DNA of 64,000 nt from an uncultured Hyphomicrobium sp. (GTDB lineage: Bacteria > Pseudomonadota > Alphaproteobacteria > Rhizobiales > Hyphomicrobiaceae): assembly GCA_964405975.1 (NCBI GenBank), contig CAYOPW010000003.1:1354-65353 (forward strand), written 5' to 3'. The notes under the pieces are model-generated. The model saw nothing but the letters and a program-made list of their open reading frames with translations. It ran no database searches and was not told where the DNA came from. Position numbers and translations under genes: made by a program. Of this stretch, positions 58,404 to 64,000 are shown piece by piece. Position 1 is the first letter of the stretch, and the number at the start of each line of letters is the position of its first letter.

Positions 58404-59033
58404 GTGCTGCTCGTTGCCGAAAAACTAGTCTTGAACCGTGGTGGGCGGACCGTCATTGATGGTCTTTCGTTGCGCCTGGGCGAAGGCGAAGCGCTCCTGC
58501 TCACCGGCGCCAACGGTGCGGGCAAAACCACGCTTTTGCGGGCCCTAGCGGGATTCCTGGCCCCTGCATCCGGCAAAATCCGTATTGAGAATGAAGACCG
58601 AGATCGCGAGGTTGGCGAGCTGTGCCATTTCGTTGGGCACCTTAATGGCATCAAGCCGCACCTGACGGTTGCGGAGAATATTGCGTTCTGGGCCGCCTAT
58701 CTCGATGGAGGCGCCCCTGGAAATGGTGATGATCTGCTTGCGCCGGCACTGAACAGGTTTGGGCTATCAGCTTTGGCGGACGTTCCCGCCGGCTATCTTT
58801 CGGCTGGCCAAAAGCGCCGGCTCGCGCTTTCGCGTATTGCCGCTGCGCACCGCCCGCTCTGGCTACTCGACGAGCCGACCGTGTCGCTCGATACAGCCTC
58901 CGCCGCACTACTTATCGACGCCGTAAACGCGCACTGTGCCGACGGCGGGCTCGTCATTGCCGCAACGCATTTGCCGCTTGCGTTTGAAAACGCGAAAGAG
59001 GTCCGGCTCGGCACACAGGAGACGGCGGCATGA
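58404..59033 (+). CDS. ccmA: heme exporter ATP-binding protein CcmA
   Basis: Walker A GANGAGKTTLLR, LSAGQKRRLAL, and LWLLDEP. It is the first gene of the ccmABCDG cluster and has a GTG start. Confidence 0.9.
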   Translation: MLLVAEKLVLNRGGRTVIDGLSLRLGEGEALLLTGANGAGKTTLLRALAGFLAPASGKIRIENEDRDREVGELCHFVGHLNGIKPHLTVAENIAFWAAYLDGGAPGNGDDLLAPALNRFGLSALADVPAGYLSAGQKRRLALSRIAAAHRPLWLLDEPTVSLDTASAALLIDAVNAHCADGGLVIAATHLPLAFENAKEVRLGTQETAA

Positions 59034-59695
59034 GCGCGTTCTTCACGCTTGTGGCGCGCGATCTGCGGTTGGCCGTGCGCCAAGGCGGTGCGCTAGGTAC
59101 GGCCCTCGGCTTCTACCTCGTTGTTGTCGCGATGCTGCCGCTCGGACTCGGAGCAGATCTCAACTTGTTGTCGCGCATCGCACCCGGCGTGCTGTGGATC
59201 GCGCTCTTATTGTCCGCGCTTCTTTCTCTCGGCCGCGTGTTTGAAAGCGATTACGAAGATGGCTCGCTGGATGTCTTGGCAACGGGGCCGTTGCCTTTGG
59301 AGCTCGTGGCCGCGGCTAAGGCGCTCGCCCATTGGATTTCGACCAGCGTTCCGCTTGCGCTGCTTGCACCCGTCTTGGGTATTCTTCTCAATCTAGAACT
59401 TTCGGCCTACCCCGCGCTGGTGGCGACTATGCTGATCGGCACACCTGCCGTGAGCTTCATAGGCGCAATTGGGGCCGCCCTTACACTGACGGCACGCCGC
59501 GGGGGCTTGTTGATCGCGCTCTTGGTTCTGCCACTTTACGTGCCGACACTAGTATTCGGCATCGCAGCGATCAGCGCGATGCTCGGACCCGATGAGGTGG
59601 CCCCCCCGCTTCTAATCTTGACGGCAATTTCGCTGGGGGCCGTCGTTCTTGGACCGTTGGCCGCAGCTGCGGCACTACGTACCCAAATGCAGTAA
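59030..59695 (+). CDS. ccmB: heme exporter permease CcmB
   Basis: 221 aa, 6 TM, with the FESDYEDGSLD motif. An ATGA overlap joins it to ccmA. Confidence 0.92.
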   Translation: MSAFFTLVARDLRLAVRQGGALGTALGFYLVVVAMLPLGLGADLNLLSRIAPGVLWIALLLSALLSLGRVFESDYEDGSLDVLATGPLPLELVAAAKALAHWISTSVPLALLAPVLGILLNLELSAYPALVATMLIGTPAVSFIGAIGAALTLTARRGGLLIALLVLPLYVPTLVFGIAAISAMLGPDEVAPPLLILTAISLGAVVLGPLAAAAALRTQMQ

Positions 59696-59750
59696 CACTG
59701 CTGTCGCAGCTTGATTGCGCTTTGTGCCCAGAAACCTTAGATCAACCTTG

Positions 59751-60515
59751 ATGCAGACCTTTACGCAGCGCTTCGCCAATCCCACCCAATTTATGGGGTT
59801 ATCTGCGCGACTCTTGCCTTGGGTAGCAGGACTGGCGGCCGCGATAATCGCCTATGGTCTCTACCTCGCGTTCTTTGTCGCGCCGCCGGACTACCTGCAC
59901 GGCGAGATCGCCAGGATCATGTTCGTCCACGTGCCGTCCGCTTGGATGGCTATGGCGTGCTATGCACTGATCGCAGTTTCAGCATTTGGGCTTCTCGTTT
60001 TTCGCCATCCGCTGGCGGACGTGTCAGCAAAGGCCGCTGCTCCGATCGGGGCGGCCTTTACATTCCTGGCGTTGTTCACCGGCTCGCTGTGGGGCAAACC
60101 GGCGTGGGGGACCTACTGGGTGTGGGATGCGCGGTTAACGTCGGTGCTGATCCTCTTCTTTCTCTACCTCGGCCTCATAGCCTTGCGATCCTCGATCGAA
60201 GACGAAACGCTGGCAAGTAAGCTCACGGCTATATTGGCGCTCGTCGGCATCGTAATGCTGCCGATCATCAAGTTCTCCGTCGATTGGGCCAACACGCTGC
60301 ATCAACCCTCCAGCGTATTGAAGCTGAGTGGTCCAACCATACATTCTTCCATCCTCACGCCGCTTCTTGTGATGGGGGTCGGCTTTTTGGTGCTGTTTAT
60401 TGCCATGCACCTCAAAGCCATGCGCAATGAAATCCTGCGTCGGCGCGTAAAGGCGCTCCAACTAGCGGAGGTGGCGCGGGCGCAAAGCGGCCAAGTCACG
60501 GCGCCAGCGGAGTGA
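59751..60515 (+). CDS. ccmC: heme exporter protein CcmC
   Basis: The WGxxWxWD tryptophan-rich motif (WGTYWVWDARL) and conserved His residues. Start trimmed to ATG 59751. Confidence 0.93.
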   Translation: MQTFTQRFANPTQFMGLSARLLPWVAGLAAAIIAYGLYLAFFVAPPDYLHGEIARIMFVHVPSAWMAMACYALIAVSAFGLLVFRHPLADVSAKAAAPIGAAFTFLALFTGSLWGKPAWGTYWVWDARLTSVLILFFLYLGLIALRSSIEDETLASKLTAILALVGIVMLPIIKFSVDWANTLHQPSSVLKLSGPTIHSSILTPLLVMGVGFLVLFIAMHLKAMRNEILRRRVKALQLAEVARAQSGQVTAPAE

Positions 60516-60519
60516 GCAA

Positions 60520-60708
60520 ATGGACCTTGGACCCAACGCCCCATTCATCTGGACCGCCTATGGCATGGTCGCATTCGTGATTGCGGGGCTATTCACCTGG
60601 CTTGTTCTCGATGGCCGTGCGCAACAGCGGCGCCTGGCCGATTTTGAGACGCGCGGTGTGAAGCGCCGCACTGGCCCAGAAGCGACGACGACGCGTTCTG
60701 AGGGTTAG
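60520..60708 (+). CDS. ccmD: heme exporter protein CcmD
   Basis: 62 aa with a single TM (FIWTAYGMVAFVIAGLFTWLVL), positioned between ccmC and ccmG. Confidence 0.8.
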   Translation: MDLGPNAPFIWTAYGMVAFVIAGLFTWLVLDGRAQQRRLADFETRGVKRRTGPEATTTRSEG

Positions 60709-60722
60709 GGGCGAAGACTTTG

Positions 60723-61352
60723 ATGCAGAATCAGTCCGACGATCACGCAACGGCAAGCCCGCCGGGAGCTGCACCACAGCCGCGCCGCAATCTCAGTTGG
60801 GTAATCGTGCCAGTGCTTGTTTTCGCGGCGCTGGCGGCAGTGTTTGCTTTTGCGTTGCAAACCGGCGATCCCTCAAAGCTGCCCTCTGCGCTGATTGGCA
60901 AATCAGTTCCAGCTAAAGAGTTCCCGCCGCTTGAAAAACTTGTCGACGCAGGACAGCCGGTGCCGGGCTTCAAGGGTTCTGATCTTGGAAATGGCAAGGT
61001 CAGTGTCGTCAATTTTTGGGCGTCCTGGTGCATCCCCTGCGCCACTGAGCATCCCCTGCTGCTTCAGCTGAAGGCACAGACCGGCGTCGATCTTTACGGT
61101 GTCAATCACAAGGACAGCCCCGTGGCCGCCCGCCGCTTTCTCGGCCGCTATGGCAATCCCTTCAAGGCCGTTGGGATCGACTCAACAGGCCGAGGTGCGA
61201 TCGAGTGGGGCGTCTATGGGATGCCTGAAACGTTTGTCGTTAACGGCAAAGGCGAGATTTCCTACAAGCATGTGGGGCCAATCTCGCCGGAGAGCCTTGA
61301 AACCCAACTCATCCCAGCGATCAAGAAGGCGCAGGGAGCTCAGAGCGGGTAG
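60723..61352 (+). CDS. ccmG: thiol:disulfide interchange protein DsbE/CcmG
   Basis: A TM anchor, the thioredoxin motif VVNFWASWCIPC, and GVYGMPETFVV. Confidence 0.92.
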   Translation: MQNQSDDHATASPPGAAPQPRRNLSWVIVPVLVFAALAAVFAFALQTGDPSKLPSALIGKSVPAKEFPPLEKLVDAGQPVPGFKGSDLGNGKVSVVNFWASWCIPCATEHPLLLQLKAQTGVDLYGVNHKDSPVAARRFLGRYGNPFKAVGIDSTGRGAIEWGVYGMPETFVVNGKGEISYKHVGPISPESLETQLIPAIKKAQGAQSG

Positions 61353-61978
61353 AACTGGTTGTGAGAACGGTTAAGCACTGACAGCATACCGGTTGCGATG
61401 TCGAAATACGCGCCGTGCAGGGAAAGCCGCCCATTTTCCTCAAGCTCGCTCACGAAGGGGAACGTTCGCAAGTTCTCGATCGACGTTTTCACGCATTCCT
61501 TCTCTAGCGCGGCAAGTTTTTCGGCCTGAGAGCTCATTTGATGAGCGGCCAGTACGCGAAGCCGCGCGTTATCGAGCATCGACATCCAGCGCGAGATAAA
61601 CCGCGCGTCCGTTTGGATTGCCTCGCTTGGGTCAAGCGCGGTCTTTACGCCGCCGCAGCCGGCGTGGCCCATGACGATGATGTGTTTGACGCGCAGGTTT
61701 AGCACCGCAAACTCGATAGCGGAGCTAACGCCATGAAACTGACCGCCGGTCTCAAAGGGTGGAACGAGGTTTGCGACATTTCGCACAACGAATAGCTCGC
61801 CGGGCATGGCGCTGAATATTGTCTCCGGGTCGACGCGGCTATCGCAGCACGAGATCATCATGACCTCTGGGTTTTGCCCATAGGTCGCAAGCTGCTCATA
61901 TTGTTCGGCGTTGGGGAGGAAATGCCGATACTTGAAACGGCGGAAACGGTCGGCGAGGGTTTCAGGAAAGCTGCTCAT
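61340..61978 (-). CDS. beta-class carbonic anhydrase
   Basis: ISCCDSRVDPE and VMGHAGCGGV zinc-ligand motifs. Start trimmed to ATG 61978. Confidence 0.9.
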   Translation of the reverse strand: MSSFPETLADRFRRFKYRHFLPNAEQYEQLATYGQNPEVMMISCCDSRVDPETIFSAMPGELFVVRNVANLVPPFETGGQFHGVSSAIEFAVLNLRVKHIIVMGHAGCGGVKTALDPSEAIQTDARFISRWMSMLDNARLRVLAAHQMSSQAEKLAALEKECVKTSIENLRTFPFVSELEENGRLSLHGAYFDIATGMLSVLNRSHNQFYPL

Positions 61979-62053
61979 GTTAAGCTGTCGCGTCCGGGTT
62001 CTATTGGTTCTCAAGGGTGCGATGCAGCATCTTAAATCAGCAGACAACCCAAT

Positions 62054-63262
62054 TCATGTCGTAACGGCTTTTTCTTGCACAACAGGCGTCGTCGCCCGTC
62101 TCAATAGTAGGTAGCCGACGATCGCTGAAGAAATCGAGCCGAGCAGCACGCCTATTCGGATGTCAGCCGCACGTTCTGCATCTACGAAGGCAAGCATGCC
62201 AATAAACAAACTCATCGTGAAGCCAATGCCGCCAAGCCACGCCACGCCAAGCAATTGCGACCAGTTCGACCCTTCGGGTTTGCCGGCTAGCCCAGCGCCT
62301 ATCGCGGCAAAGGAGAAGCTCATTATGCCAATCGGTTTGCCGAGAAAGAGGCCGAGCGCAATTCCCATGGGAATGGGCCCAAATAGCTTTTCGATTGACA
62401 TCCCGGTGAGCGACACACCGGCGTTGGCGAACGCAAAAATAGGCAGCACGCCGTAGTTCACCCACGGGTGCAGATTCTCTTCAAGCTTGACGAGCATGCT
62501 GCGCTGGTCGCCTGGAGCCGGCACGAGCGGAATGGCCAGCGCCGTTACGACACCGGCCAACGTGGCGTGAACACCCGACTTCAGGACGCATATCCAGATG
62601 AAAAGCCCGACGAGCGCATAGGGCGCAACACGTGTCACACCGCGCAGATTGAGCATGACAAGGATTGCGACGCCGAGTCCGGCCAAGGCTAAGGCCGCGG
62701 CGGAGAGGTGCGCCGTATAGAAGAATGCGATGATGATGATGGCGCCGAGATCGTCGATGATCGCAACAGCCAGCAAGAAAACTTTCAACGTCGGCGGCAC
62801 GCGCGATCCGAGCAGGGCTAGGACGCCGACTGCGAATGCAATGTCGGTTGCAGCGGGGATGGCCCAGCCGTTCAGCGCAATTTCGTCGGTCCAGTTGATG
62901 AGAACGTAGATGAGGGCCGGCACAAGCATCCCGCCAACGGCCGCGATGACGGGGAGTGCTGCCTGTTTTGCCTTTGACAGCTCACCCACCACGAGTTCGC
63001 GTTTGATCTCGAGACCAACGAGAAAGAAGAAAAGCGCCATCAAGCCGTCGTTAATCCAAAGTAGCAGCGGCTTATCGATCATCAACGCACCGACGCCAAC
63101 CGTGACGGGCGTGTGCAGCAGCGCGTCATAAAGCCAGCTCAACGGCGAGTTTTGGAGCAGGAGCGCGAGAACCGCAGCAACCAGCAATATTACAGGGGCG
63201 AAGGCTTCGTGCTTTACGAACGCCAACGCGCCCTCAAATTTGCGGTTCTGTTTCTTTTCCAT
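62054..63262 (-). CDS. nhaA: Na+/H+ antiporter NhaA
   Basis: INDGLMALFFFLVGLEIKRE, AIIDDLGAIIIIAFFY, and 12 TM. Confidence 0.95.
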   Translation of the reverse strand: MEKKQNRKFEGALAFVKHEAFAPVILLVAAVLALLLQNSPLSWLYDALLHTPVTVGVGALMIDKPLLLWINDGLMALFFFLVGLEIKRELVVGELSKAKQAALPVIAAVGGMLVPALIYVLINWTDEIALNGWAIPAATDIAFAVGVLALLGSRVPPTLKVFLLAVAIIDDLGAIIIIAFFYTAHLSAAALALAGLGVAILVMLNLRGVTRVAPYALVGLFIWICVLKSGVHATLAGVVTALAIPLVPAPGDQRSMLVKLEENLHPWVNYGVLPIFAFANAGVSLTGMSIEKLFGPIPMGIALGLFLGKPIGIMSFSFAAIGAGLAGKPEGSNWSQLLGVAWLGGIGFTMSLFIGMLAFVDAERAADIRIGVLLGSISSAIVGYLLLRRATTPVVQEKAVTT

Positions 63263-63394
63263 CGGGTCCCTCAGCTCGCCACGTTGCGTTTGATGCTCTT
63301 GGCTTCCATACCGCGCGGGTTCAAGGCTAAATATTGATCAAAGCGCCGCATGATGCGCGGCTCCTCGCCAAATCAGTCCGCGACAATATAGAAA

Positions 63395-64000
63395 CTAAAG
63401 CACCTCAATGGCCAATGGGTCGGCTCGAGTCCATCTAGCAGCGGCCGCGGCTAGCGACAATTCGGTCCCGCGTGGGCTTGCCAATATGGTCGCTTCCACC
63501 TGAGCGACCGTGAGCGCAAGCGCCTCGGCGCCGGTCATGCCTTTCAAAGTATGTCCAAGGAATAAAGCAGACATTAGATCGCCGGTTCCATGTCCGACGC
63601 CTTCACGCCAGGTCACTGTGCAGCTGGTTGAGCGGTCCGCCTCGATCAGCACGGTGCCGAGCGACGAACGTGTGACAGCCAGGGAGGTTGCAAGCGTCGC
63701 TGGAACTGGAAGCTTGCGTGCGGCGTCCACCGCGTGTTCCAGGCTGTCGACGCTATCTCCCGAAAGCCAAGCAAGCTCAAAGCGATTAGGCACGGCGAGG
63801 TCCGCGAGCGGTAACAGTTCATCGCGCAGGGCAGCGGCCGCCGCCGCATCGATATAAAGCCCTTTGGGGTCGTCGCCGATTACGGGATCGCAATAGAACA
63901 ACACGCTTGGACTGGCGGCCCGCACGCGCTGGACGGCCGAACTCGCCGTTGCGACGTGGCCGGGGGACGGCAAATAGCCGGTCAAAACTGCATCGATATC
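63395..64000 (-). CDS. pdxY: pyridoxal/pyridoxamine kinase (PdxY/PdxK family), C-terminal part; 5' end outside the window
   Basis: The frame stays open to the window edge (DIDAVLTGYLPS..., compare DAVLSGYLGS in E. coli PdxY). YCDPVIGDDPKGLYI and GHGTGDLMSALFLGH are also present. Confidence 0.85.
   Translation of the reverse strand, partial: DIDAVLTGYLPSPGHVATASSAVQRVRAASPSVLFYCDPVIGDDPKGLYIDAAAAAALRDELLPLADLAVPNRFELAWLSGDSVDSLEHAVDAARKLPVPATLATSLAVTRSSLGTVLIEADRSTSCTVTWREGVGHGTGDLMSALFLGHTLKGMTGAEALALTVAQVEATILASPRGTELSLAAAAARWTRADPLAIEVL

Overview
High-GC (about 60% by eye) chromosomal segment with alphaproteobacterial gene content and order, Hyphomicrobiales/Rhizobiales-like. Supporting genes are Tim44-like, IalB, DUF2865, DUF2794, DUF1223, a CenR-like regulator, ccmABCDG, and leuS-lptE-holA. 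I call about 60 densely packed protein genes, almost all housekeeping. I see no rRNA, tRNA, CRISPR, transposase, integrase or prophage genes. The window is origin-proximal. It holds mnmE-mnmG-rsmG-parA-parB and two near-consensus parS palindromes. It also has the hemE | gap | DUF299-maf-aroE-coaE-dnaQ arrangement that flanks the Caulobacter origin. The 423-bp gap at 34763-35185 is my oriC call: AT-rich tract, three clustered GANTC sites, degenerate DnaA boxes, and a switch in gene orientation. The left end is a nitrogen block with a degenerate Amt C-terminal remnant after tesB and glnK-amtB carrying NtrC/sigma-54-like signals. A second intact amt lies at 11.7-12.9 kb. I did not find a convincing multi-gene novel system. 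The best novelty candidates are these: (1) a structured, terminator-ended RNA element upstream of dcp (52165-52320) whose 7-mer arms allow alternative pairings; (2) a structured 295-bp convergent spacer downstream of lolA (6498-6791); (3) two uncharacterised proteins (13136-14038 and 20509-21045); (4) a small ORF next to parS in the unusually long mnmE-mnmG spacer. ORF-track starts are the longest possible. I trimmed several to internal ATGs with Shine-Dalgarno-like sequences, so all start codons remain provisional.
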